Of a stretch of 64,000 bases of DNA, positions 36,375-49,900 are shown in pieces. The notes under the pieces are model-generated. The model was not told the origin of the DNA. It did no database searches and saw only the letters and a program-made list of their open reading frames with translations. Position 1 is the first letter of the stretch. Each line of letters starts with the position of its first letter. Source of the DNA: Aplysia californica (lineage: Eukaryota); the NCBI RefSeq assembly GCF_000002075.1, contig NW_004797278.1, forward strand, positions 2,094,009 to 2,158,008, in the 5' to 3' direction. The position numbers and the translations under genes are program-made.

Positions 36375-39300
36375 AATGGTCAATAAATGAATGCGCAACA
36401 ACTACGTACAGTGTTCCGGATTTCATGACAATTTAGAAAATGAATAAACAAAAACAACACCCCAAAAACATTAACTGTGTTAAATTCTGAGTTTCTCATC
36501 AAGCATCACACAGGTACAGTAAATTATCTTGTTGCTTTGAAATTCAACTACATCTGTGTTTGCCCTTTCACAAAACTCCACAAAACAGCAATTTAAAAAT
36601 GAAGTGCTTGCCATTTAATTGAAATTATGCCTTCCTGCAATCCTAAAAATATAAAACTTTTGTCAAGGTTCGAACACACTCAGATATTCTTTAAAAACCA
36701 ACACCAAACAAATCCAAACCAAACCAAAAAACTTACAAGAAAAAAAGACACCCCACACACCTTATATCTAGCCCTAAAGCAAACAGGTAAAGCAATACTA
36801 AACACACAATTCAATCCCCTTGTGGGTTAGTATTCTGCTGTTTTCATCTCATTTGTCAGTATCTCATGAAAGCAGATGGACAGTTCATAAATGAACAAGA
36901 AATTCATGTAGAATATATGTGTAACAAAAATATCACTTGCAAAATAATAAGTCTTAAACAATATATCATGTAACGAACAACAACTTGGAATCACTCAATC
37001 AATAATATACTTATTCTAACACCAACTTATCATGGCGTCATTCACTTTTCCATATGCTTTTCACAAACAGATAAAAAAAAACCCACAAAAAAAACAACAA
37101 CCCCCAAACAGATCTAGCCAGCATTGATTAAGCTCAGGAGAGAGCATTGGCAGTAAAATTTCTGGCTTGAAAGCCACAATATTTATTAACATTACTTCAA
37201 CTCCCTCCCTTTAGTGGACATTGGTGCCAAGAAAAAAACAACAAAACTCATTGATATAGTTTCTAAAAAAATCTCAGTACAAGATCAGACTTCAAAATTT
37301 TTATAATAAACATCCATGAATTTTATTTGAAATTTCTCCAAACGTTTCACTCAAATCTTAAATAAAATAAGATTGAAAAAAAATGGCTTGCACAAAATAA
37401 ACAAACGTGGTAGGCCTATTCTTAAGGATAAAATGACTTAGAAGCTGTCGGAATAAATTGTTGGACTATTCATTCACCCACAGGTTGAATCCCCAAAAAG
37501 GGAAATGATTAAAAAGGTTCTAGAGAAGAAAAAACTTTCGAGCAGGTCTTTAACAACTATGGCATAATAATATACAAGTTACTGATATATGATACAAACA
37601 CTTTCTAGATGAAAAAAATTCCCAAAACAGCATCAGATCATCACTTTACTATTCCTAACTGCAAATAGAAAATACTTCCTTCATCAGCTAAGACAGGTAC
37701 ATATTATAAAAATATTGTGATTCCGAAGAATGGCATGAAAAACTCATTTCGACGTATAGGAGTATGGTCATGATGTGCGTAATTATTCTTGGATAGTCTT
37801 AGCTTACACACAAAGACAGATTTGAGCCATTAATTTAGTACACAAAGAAGGGTACAAGTAGTAATAATGAGAGTGAAACAGTAAAACAGTAAAACAAAAC
37901 TCATTATGAACACAAATGTGGTATGCTTAGAACTTATAGTGACAAGCAGGTGTTAGTTGCTAAGTAATGTGTACAGCAGTGCGTGCCTCAAAAGTATTTG
38001 ATCTACTCTATGACAAAAGACAAAATTAAGACAGAAGAACTTTTTCCAAAGATGGCACCTTCAGCCAAGCTGTTATGCCACATAATAATTAAGAATTATG
38101 GCAAGGTACTGTGCTTAGAAGGTGATGCAATAACTTTTTTATTCCTTACATCTTTAAGAATAATCCATAATGGCAGGTTTAATTTTTCATCCATTATGAT
38201 ATTGTTCCAAGCTGAAAATTCAAACTGAAGAATAAAATCAAGGAATAGTAGGCCTACATATTTAACTCTATCATGTTTAACAAATTTGTTATCACCCTCT
38301 AAAGCAGAAAAAATAGGCTTGTGTAATTTTTTCCAAGTAGCTATGATTCTCACAGAACCAAAGTCCTGTTGGCTTTTGTGTTAGCAGAAAACTCAGGCCT
38401 GGTCTCATGAGAATAAGAAAGTTCTTGACCATTTTGAAATCATTATAAATTGAAAAATTATATCAAAGCACTACAAATGATGTCAGCAGTCTCACTAACA
38501 AAATGTTAGAAAGAAATTTATGAATTCTTAGCTCCTTGCATCATATTAAAAAACCACCACAAGCTGGTTGCTTGAGAGAGAGCTTGTTGATGATTCTTTA
38601 GACCAAACCTTTTCCTTCAAAGCCCGTGTGTCTAAAGTCGCTGTTCTAATCTTAGAACAGTCTGCCATCAAATAACATATTTTATAGTTTTTAGAACAAC
38701 TGACTGCAGAATACTATGAAAGCATAAAATGGCAGGTTGTAGGCCGATTTTTTTAAAACGACAGGAATGGCACAAGAACACGATTGAAAGTAAATGGAGG
38801 TTTGCAAATTGAAAATCTGCTGCTCAGGTTTTGTTTTCAAAGGGGATATGGGCTCTTGACAAAAAATTGACCCGCCTTTAAAAAAAAAAAAAAAACTCAA
38901 AAAAGCTTTTTCCAGACGACAAGCCCCGAGACACAGAAATCTATTTATGGAGCACACTCCACACAGGGCTCTCAAATAAAAACATATGATGGTCAAAGGT
39001 ACTGACCATGACAATTTACCAATTTTTCGGAGACTGAGAGCACCCTTGTAGAAACTTGGGAGCAAAAATAATATGAATTTTCACTCAAATAAAAGGTACC
39101 TGTAAATCAACAACTGCAATGTTAGAAAGTAAAAAAATTTTGAGAATTTTACAGATGCAGTATTTTCTGTTCCACTGTAATATTAACAAGTTGAATCATT
39201 TCCGTGTTGATCGGTCTAACACCTCCCCCCCTTCTCAATGCTTTGATCCAGCCTATCTGAGCTAATTTAGGCTATCAGTTGAAAATAGGAATACTCGATG

Positions 39301-42300
39301 AAATATTTTCCTTATTTGAGAACTGAACTCATGATGCCTTCTGCATTTACGAGAAAAAGCATAACCACTACATCACAATTACAAGGTACAAATATAACCC
39401 CAAAACTCCACATAGCGGAATCAGCATTCCAAATGGATCTTAAAAACATCGTAACAAAAAACAAAAAACATAAGATCCTCATTTCTTATAAAGAAGCGTT
39501 TTTTTGTAGTTATATTTCAATTCAAATAAGAGACATTATAACAAATGAACAAAATGGTTAAAAAAGAGATAAAAAACAATTAAAATGATAAATGACAGCT
39601 TATGCACCAACAATTTATGAACCAAATTACAACATGATACAATCCCATGAATCAATTATAATCACTAACATCCCCTGTGGACCTTGGTGTAAAATCAGTT
39701 TTTTAAAAGACAAGTATAAGTATAAATCACGCCACATTATTGAATCAGACTTTTGCACTTAGTCTTCTTTTCAACATTTAAGAACCCATTGGCAAAAAAC
39801 CCCCAAAACGAATGTACAATGAATCCGATCACTTACAACTCAGTTTCAAGCATTCCGCTGATCACTAAACCACTGTGCTCAGGCAGAACTAGGACGAAGT
39901 AAGTAATTCATTCTTTCTCTTTGTCTCTGTCTGTCTCTCACACAAGCACACACACACACACCCACATTCACACAAAACATTCTTCCTTAAACCACTCTCT
40001 TCTCTGTCTGATTTATAAGCACACATGCAAACACACAGCAACATCATAAAATGGGTCATCGTTGGAATTTCATCCCCATAAAATGTCCAATATCAAGAGA
40101 AAGGACTCTATTAGTCTTCCAAAGAAGCCTAACAACTTGTTTTGTTCAACTGTTTTGGTCACAAGTCTTCAGAGATAGAAAGGTGAGATATAGATTAAAA
40201 AGTATGATGGTATCAAGTCAATAACAGAAGAGAAACACTGAGTCAAATAATCAATATTTAACACAGATGTCAAACAAATCAAATTCTCGCATTTCGATAT
40301 CACAAACCGATGAAACGTGTCTTGAGGGATATGAATATACAGAAAAATGAACTCTGCCCCAGACATACGTGTTTGCTGAATATCCATACAATGACAAATG
40401 CAAAAAAACAGCTCTATTTGACCAGTTGCTAAGCCTTAACACAATGTATGAGGGACCACAAACCTACACAATACTTTTACGAAAAACATATGTTTTCACT
40501 GTTATGAGAGAAATTGTGTTTATAATTCATGAAAACACTGCTTATCACCACTGTTTTTCACAAGAAACTCAGTTTGACCCTGCTTTATAGGTCAAGTAAA
40601 AGCACTGGAGTCACTGATATGCTGTGTGACAGTAACTTTATATTGAACATTAGCCAACAGTGCTATGGCAAGCATGACACATAGGCTTACAAGAATGACA
40701 AATTCTTATTTGAAGGTTCTGAGAAAGAATTTTTAAAATCAATGCATCAAACTATACTGCATTTCACATTTCGGGATTCAAAAGGAATATACCCTAAAAC
40801 ACAACCACCATTTGAAGGCTTTGTTGAGATGCTGCCAGGGCAGTAAATGTGCCAAGATATCTTTACCAGCTTTTCAAACAATACTGAAAAACAATAAATT
40901 GTTAAGTAACGAATGCAGCTAAGTGCTATTTAGAATCATTATTAATCATGCTAATTTGCACATTTCATCAAGTTTGATAAACCAAAAGGAACAGAATTGT
41001 GAAGCATTGTGAAAACAAAAGAAAGACAAGATACAGACATGTGTGTAGAAAGAAAGTATTCAAGAGAGTGGGAGGGACTTGACCTATCAACTGAAATTAT
41101 TGAATGTACCATACTCTTAGAACAACCACTGGCACTAATGGATAGGAAAGCATAACTCTGACCACAACTTTTTATAATAGAATGATCTTTGCTTTGAACA
41201 CATAATACATGTACTTTCAGTACGTCGTCATAGTTCTCTTATCTTATGGCAATCAACTGATGCTCTTGAGTGACTGAATCACATATATGCAGAATTACAT
41301 AGCAAAACATGATAAGTAACATTTGAGAAACACATGAGACCACGAACGCCTCAAATGAAGGCCAACTGGTTTGAATGGACCTCCACACTGCGATACCTCT
41401 ACCACAATACTAAAAATAACTGAAAATTGCGACACCGTTGTTGTTGTAACTGTTCACATCATTAGTGTGTTTTATTTTCTATGTTCTTTGGAAGCACTGC
41501 ACATAATATTCTTTTAATAATAAATGCTGACAAAAAAGCCCATAAAAGCAAAAGATTTGACTTAACATCATTTACCTGAGAATCTGTGTGGGTTTGTCCG
41601 AAACTGATACAAAAGTCATCAATCTGGTTCTTTTTGCCTACCTATAAAGAAATTTAACTTAGACAAAGTGAAAACAATTCACATAAATTTGATACCTTTT
41701 ATCCCTCACACAGCAAACCATCTCAGATCATAAATCAGTCCACCAATTCCAGGAGCCTATTAGAACATACTGAGTCCTTTTTAGAGAAAAATTTTAAGAC
41801 ATTGCTGACAAATACACAACCAAACACTGAATGTCATTTTAAATTTGGAAAAAAGTCGTTACAGTAATAGCTTTTTGACATCCTCCCACAGATTCACAGG
41901 TGGGTTGTGAGTATCTCCTCACAGCTATACTACACAAGGGATAGATTGAACTGGGGTCTCTTTTGGGAGAGTATCTTCTATCTAAATGATTAAAGTTTTG
42001 AATACACTAAATAAATTTACTGTTTCACAGAGAGACTGTCAAGTATAGGAATCGAGAGAACAAGTCCTCAAATCTTTAGAAATCAGTTTTAAGGTGCAAT
42101 GGCTCCTTTTAAAACTGTGGCCAAATAACCTTTATATAACAGTACCAGCACATGAAGAGCAAGTTGAGGTTTGATTTCTAAAATTTCTTCTTAAAAGAAT
42201 ATCAAACTAACATTTTTTTCTGAAGATAAAAACCTACTAATCCCATGGTGGGGACAGAAGAACTTTTATGTACATGAAAAAGAGCAGAAACAATAAATGC

Positions 42301-42935
42301 TATGTCAGCAAAACACACCAGGCCCACTTGAAAATCAGTGTTTGCTTTTGTTTTTTGTAAGTCAAGGCAACAATTTCAAGAAAGACAGGTAAAACCACAA
42401 GTCGACAGTGTATCACACTCGAAAAAGTCACAGTCTGATCACAAGCATAAAACATTTATAACTCACCAAATGAGGGCACTACCCATTTGCTCCATAGGGT
42501 AGATTGAATCTTTGAACTTGGTTATTTCTTTACAGTATGAGAAGTTTAAGATTATACAGACTCATCATTGGAGTAATTGATTCGGTCAGCCACTGGTTAT
42601 TGAATGTGGAGGAACAATCCTCACACGAAGACATCACTAAAGAGTGGTGTAGGTTGGGGGTCAATGTGAATAAATCAGTCATCAAAGTTTTTCAACTGAA
42701 ACTTGTAAGCTTATCACAATAAGGTGCAGATCACAATCAGATCAAAACGGGGCCAAAATTTTTTTAAAAAATCAGTTTTGTTTCATGCAACATTCCAGCG
42801 ATTTTTTAACATTTAAAAAATACATATATATTCATTATACAGTCACCCCATTCGTCAGGACAGCACTAATACTAATAGCCAAATCCCAAAGTACTTTAAG
42901 TGTCACAGAGTAACTGTATGTGTATATATATACAG

Positions 42936-43489
42936 GTGTCATGACATGGTGGAATCAGGTGCTCGTCAATTTTTGGGCATAAGAAGTTATTGGTCATTGG
43001 TAATTGGTAGGAGAATTAGTATTATCACAGGCAGTACAATGCCAAAGGTGCTCCTCCCTCTTCTCCAGAATCCATGAAAGGGTTGGCTTGCTGATCATGC
43101 CCATCATCAGAGGGAGTTATAGGTATAATCTTAAAGCTTGTTCATTTGACTTGCTTTCGATTAAAAGAATCCCCATCTATCTTGAATAGAAATCGAGATA
43201 TTTCTAATTGAAGGAGGTGGAGGTCTCCTGGTATCATAGTTAAAATTAGAGAGAAAATGGCTGCCAAAGTTTGGTGACTTCCAAAGCTCGAATACCCCTG
43301 GACACTAGAAAGTTACAATTTTGGTACCTGTGATCAACATTTTTCAGTAAAATCCAACAAGATGGGCACAAAAGGTGCTGAGCAACACGTTAAAATTTTT
43401 TTTTTTAATTGCCAAATTGGTGGGAAAAATGCCAGTTTCTTCAATTTCATTACTTTGATGAGCGCCTGATTTCACCATCATGCCTCACA
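42936..43489. mobile_element. Non-autonomous TIR element, copy 2 of 2
   Basis: TIR ..GGTGGAATCAGGTGCTCGTCAA / TTGATGAGCGCCTGATTTCACC..; homologous to 29089-29523 with extra internal sequence. Confidence 0.8.
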
Positions 43490-46400
43490 TATATGTACCA
43501 CTGATGTCAATTACATAAAATAGGCAATCACTACAAAAAAAAATAGTTTGCATCAGATAAGACATGAAATTACGATAAAGAGAGTGGAGGAATATGGAGA
43601 GAGAGAAACATATAAAGACAGAGATAAACAGAGAGAGGAGAGCTCAAAAAAGCTATACTATAATTTGGTTTTAAAATATTCCACGACATGAAAATACATG
43701 TGACCTGCCAAGATCACAGATATACTGACTAAGGTATTCATAAAAATTATCAACAGTAACATATATAATAGGTTTTAAAAAATATGCGGCAAAAAATAAT
43801 ATTCATCACATGCAACAATATTTTTCCTGAATTTGTTGTTTCACTATGTTTAAATGAATACACAATCCAACACCATGTAGGCTAATATAATCAACAGCCT
43901 GTATATTCTTCATACTACTGAAAACAAACAAGGTTCACTAACATCAATAAAAGTATCTAATAAGAAATCACAACAGTCCATGATCTGTGTTTACATCCTC
44001 AAGATTATTTTACAAAAAGGAAATTTGGATTTGGTCACACAAAATGGTGGCTTCAATTTCGTCTTTGGATATTACTTAACATTGTGCTATCACAAAAATC
44101 ATTCAGAAATAAAATTTAAAAGTTCTAATGTGGTGTGGACCGTCCAGGACCAAATAATGTCACAGTTAAAAATACAATGCATAAGTGCAAACAAATAGTA
44201 TTATCAAGTACCAAGGAAGCTTGGAAGAAATAACAAAAAGTAAAACAAAATAATTTTGAAATTTGCTAGTGATTTAGATTTTTATTACATGGACTTTCAT
44301 CAAACCTGCTTCAAGAATGAGAAAGAAAAAAAAGTATTCCAGGAGATTTTAAGATTCTCTTTAATTAGGAGCCCAGTGGAGCTCTGTAATTCACATGATT
44401 TTAAATTACTTATTTGAACCCTTTTCAAAAGAGACTATGTTGCATAAGACAGAGACTAAAGTACAGTTGAACCAATCATCAAAAGCACTATTGTGAATGA
44501 TTGAGAAAACACTCATAGACAGTTGAAGGACTAACCAGATCAAACAGAAAACATCTCAACTGTCTCCCTAGAAACCATTCCCATCAAGTGGAAGCTGTTT
44601 TGCTTGAATGTCAACTGCACAAACCACTGAAAATTGATTATATTTTCATCCATCTCTCAGATCATTTTTTATCACACATTGCTTTCATCCTTTTAACTTT
44701 AAGACATATCCATTCCAGCCCTTTTTATCCTTGGTCTGAGTCTCGAGGTTCAACACAAACCAATTTATTAAAAGGATGCTGGCTGGGAGATTATTCCTCG
44801 AACGGATTCTTCCTGGGATGGTCAAGCAGTATAAAATTTATTTCTAAATTCCTCTGTTGTTTCTCTGTCCCAAATTAACATACTTGTTGGGATATAATTC
44901 TGCACCCTAGATTATTCTAAGAACTGTCTCTATTCATTAAAACAAAAAGGTTAGGGATAATGACTTTGTACATAATGCTAAACCATTTACACTTCAAACA
45001 CTGAGAATTCAAACCCTGTTGCAATACTGTCATCAAAAGTGATAGCAAATTGAAAAACATTCCATCACTTAAAATGTAATGACTGTTTTTCATCACAGGT
45101 CTGTCTTCAACATATACATGTTCACAGGTAAGTAAAATGCAGATCTTTCGAGAAAAAAAAAGGGGGGGGGGGGATGTAAGGGGATTTGGATACTGATGAA
45201 GGTGGCTCTCGGCTAATCTAAAGCATCTCAATCTCAGCCACAGATAAAAAATACAAATACATGTAAAACCAAAAGTTCACACACACAGAACATTATATTC
45301 TAACCATATGCAGACCTCGGTTTGGTTTCTAAATGGAGAAGCAGGCTTAAACAGGAAAATGGCATGAACAGGAAACAATGAAAAAAATAGTTCCTTTCTA
45401 CCAGCTAATGTAAGCTGGAAACACAAGTCTTGTTCTGTGTTGTCCTTGTCCCACCTTCAGATGTCAATCAACTATCCAGACACAAGAAAACTTACGTTTT
45501 ATTTAGATTCTAGAGTGAAGGAACACATACATATGTATAAAGTATATAGTTTGCGTGTAAAAGCATGCACTACAAGGACTTATGTGTTAATTACTACTGA
45601 GCAAAACTTCTGACAATACAAAGATTTGGTAGGTAATATGGAAGAGCAGATACAAAAAAGGCATATACATTCACTGTGAATAAATTGGTTATTGAAGTAG
45701 AAGACGTATGGCTATTCATACAAAGTGAAGAGAAGTTTTCACTTTGAAGGAAGCATGAGTTATCGTTTAGATCATTGTATTCAAAGAGACAGCAAAGTGC
45801 TGATACACACAATGTGAACAAAGTGAGAAATGTAGGTTTCATGACACACACCAAGAACAAAAATAGAAATCTAGGAAGTTGGCACACTGAATATCAAAAG
45901 AATATTTTTTGTCTGGCAATTCAGCTGAACTGCATTAAAAACTAGCCCAGGATGTCACAATAAAAGCAAATGTAATCTGATTTTTATTCTAAAAATCAAC
46001 AAGACTGTACAATGCAGCAAAACAAAAAAGCAAAAAGCCTGTTATAACCATGGCAACAAAATGAAAGATGTAAAATGCCACACGGATGCTAAAAGTAAAA
46101 GAAATGTTTTTGAAAGGTGACTAGGATGTCTGAGTATTATGACGACAAAACTGCATACAAAAAATGACAAAACCTGTTGTTGATTGTTTCTTGTGGCAAC
46201 AGAATTTTTGTTAGTCTTACTTCTAAAATAAGTGGGCATTCTGTCAGTGCTTCAGTACATGGACAGGAAAAAACACAGGATGAAGGGAGAAGAAAGTCCT
46301 CACACGCTCTTAAATAAGAAACTCTCTCTCATATAGCACTGTTCCACCATCTACAGATAATAATAAAGGTGATTGTCAAACATTAATTACTATGTTTCTT

Positions 46401-46949
46401 TTAGAATAAAAGGGGCCAGAGTCCTATTACATGAAGCTTTTTTTCCACATGGGCACATCTTGCCAGAGACTGCGCTTAAACTGACAGCCAAGAGGAGACT
46501 CCTCAAAGTCATGACAGATAACAAATAACAGACCGACATGGCTGCAGGAAATAGTATATGTTCATCAATGCTGCAGAATAGTTAACTACAAACAAAGTTG
46601 AAAACGAAATGAAAAGGACAGATGAAAAGCAAAAGAACATCACAAATAATGGGAGAATGACATACGGAGTGAAGAAGGAAAGAGTGGAGGAAAAAAACGT
46701 GACCATAAAGACAAATGGCAACAAATTCTACACATTATGACAATATCTCATCAATGCCTCTGGAATGACTTGAACAATGTTATAATCTTATTAAACAATC
46801 AGCACATATAGAGCCTTCTTGATTCACCTGAAACTGTTTCACACTGTTTTACAACATTTCTAAATTGCTTGGTAGGGAAATGAGTAAATTGTAACTTGAG
46901 TACAGCAGAATAAATGTATCCCCCTCCCAAAACATCTACACTTGTCATG

Positions 46950-49900
46950 CTATGGCTCGTAGAGCTGCAGATCTAATTTCACAACAACTTCACCAGTTTC
47001 AACTTCATGGAGAATGAGCCTTTTAGTTATTGGTCCACGCCTGTCTCCACTCTGGTCTAGAACATCCTTAATGCGAACCTCAGTGCGGCCTAAGAAATCT
47101 GAGAATGAAAATAACAATTAAAAACATGGAATTTTGGGTCTACTACGTTAATAAGCATGTATACAATCAAATTATTCTAATACCTATGAAAAAATTTATT
47201 ACGAAACTATGTTAATTTATTCCTAAATGAAAATGCTTGGTTATCAGCCTCAATAAAACAGAAAATCTGTCAAATTATATCTTTATACTGTATCGATAAG
47301 TCGCTCAAAGATACAGAAAAACATGTTCGGGCAAGTGAGTGAGTCACCAATGACTAGGACATACCGTTAGGAGAATACAGGTCCCGATCATACACCGTAA
47401 AGCAGAGGGTGTCCCTCTCTACATCCCGTAAAAGAAACTGCATTGATGCATTCCATCGAGGGTTTAAAGTTCCAGGAATAACTTTTGTGCGATGTTCTTG
47501 TGACCCCATGCTAACCTCACAGTATGGGTCACTTTTACCTGAGGAATAAATAAATATGAAGTTTTTCACAACCAAATGAGGTACTTCACTTTTCCATCTT
47601 TTAAATATGGCAGACAATTAAAAACAGCACTAACAATTTGAGAAGTCAAAAAACAATGATGCAAATTCTTAAATTCCTGAGGTGACATTTATCCTTTCCA
47701 AATACACAGACACAAGTTGATTATCACTGAAGAATAATTTGAGAAACAAATTCCTCTCAATTTTCATCTGTTTTGAAGCAAATAATTTTAGGCAGTTCTT
47801 GTAAAATCCATTATTGAAGAATTCTTTCTTCACACCACGTGTAAACATGAAGGCTGCCAAAAGCATTATTAATTTTAAAAACCACTTTAAGAATTCATGA
47901 AACTCCAGAAAATAGTTATTAAGTTAATGACAACAGAACAGCTATATATAAGATAGCCCAAAATAGATAAATGATTTTGATAAAGGAATCAGAACACTTA
48001 AATTCAGGTAGCATTATGAAAGTGTGCACGAACAATGCTCCATAAATTTTACATCTCTCGATATATGGCATATTCACAACAACATTAGACATAGGTACAA
48101 ACATTGTTTATGTTTGGCAACTGTCTTGGTTCAACAATGCATCTGTCCAATATTGAACATTTCCTGAAAATGGGGTTAGTTTCAAGACTCTTAAAGTAAA
48201 AAAAAACACAGAGAATGAGTACATTTTGTTTTCTTTGAATAAGTAAATACTACAGAGAAAAACACTAGCTCACATTTTAAAAAAAACCTTAACAGATGGT
48301 ATTTGTCTAAAATTGTAACTGCATCAAAAGATGTTATTTGTTTGACGATGAATTGGCCTCAAAAGACAGTACTTGCTATATCATTATGCTGCATTGGCAG
48401 ACCGTATAACAAAAGCGCATCTAATCTTCTCCAAAAATCACTGGACGGAAATCTAATCTTTAGCATAATTATGCAAGGCCAGCAAAATGATGAAAGTAAC
48501 TTTCTAACGTAAAAATGCACACACAAAGACACAATTTCTGTATTTCCTGCTCATGACTGTATAGAAGTATGTGGAGTAGATTGCTCATAGAGAGGTTGAT
48601 GCTGCATCACAAAATTCTATGTCAATAAATACACAGAAAGCTCATCAAAGTTAGATGACTACCATACTCCTGTAAATATGTAACACTCAAACAAACACCC
48701 AAAAATTCATTTCAAGGATAGAAAAATGGTAAGAGTAGAGGGAAGCCAAGAAAATGGAAATGGCTTGAAGGTCATATTTGAGTCCATTTGAGCTACTTCA
48801 TCATTACTAGTTTAAATGGTACACCCCTTGNNNNNNNNNNNNNNNNNNNNNNNNNNNNNNNNNNNNNNNNNNNNNNNNNNNNNNNNNNNNNNNNNNNNNN
48901 NNNNNNNNNNNNNNNNNNNNNNNNNNNNNNNNNNNNNNNNNNNNNNNNNNNNNNNNNNNNNNNNNATCCGACTACACACATAAAGTTCATTTCTAAGGCA
49001 GACCTCTGAGGTTTGGGATGGAGGTTTGTCTTTGGCAGGCCTAACTCTCATTTTACAGACACACTGGCAATGAGTTGACAGGATAGAAGACAAAGTAAAA
49101 GAGAAAAGATGACATCCTATGCCAGAGAGTTCACAGCAATGGAATGGCACCCCACCAATGTGCATCTGTAATCTGTATCACCCCCCCCCCCCTCCTTCCA
49201 CCCGCCAGTTTAGAGAGAAACCGATAGAATGACAGAATTAGAAAAATCAAATAAACCAATGATACATTTGCAACACTACAAACAAGCTCAGAAGATCTCC
49301 GAAAATAACTAACAGAGTTACAGGTAACAAAAGAAAATCGAGGATCTCTTTTATGCAAGTCAGAAATGCCAGCTACTAAATTCAGTCAAAGCAAAGTGTC
49401 CAAACTAAATACAAGTACATGTACTTGCCAAGGCAAATATTGCAGAAATCTAACCCAATTATTTTCTCTCTTCCATAAAACCTGACCTGAGTGGTCCCGC
49501 CTTTGTCTTCACGAGAACTATTACAACACCCACTGACATAAACTAACTCTGTTTGTTATTCCTGTTTTGTCTTCTTGCTTATCCTAACATTAAGAGGCCA
49601 TTATTGTATCAGATTGTATCAATGACTCTCTTCTTGAGTTCTCTCTTTTCTTACAAAAGTTACAAAAATACTAAACCATGAACCAGTCAAGAGGAAATAA
49701 GGCATGGATATAAAGTTTCTTTTTCCCTTTCTTCGGTCAATAACCTTGTCTAGGCAAACAAGCTAAATCATACTGACAAATTACTAACTGATAACCATCA
49801 GATTCCTTGTCCAGCAAAAATATTACATCCGTATGTTATCAAAAATGAAAGAGTAACTTTGTACATTTTCTTTCCTGTTTATTCATAACAGAATATTTCA

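Noticed and set aside
49482-49532. Third C2 beta-1 exon ([17 protein letters not shown])
   Set aside because: Poor polypyrimidine tract, weak donor GTTTTA, and no G-R..E..L pattern; probably chance.
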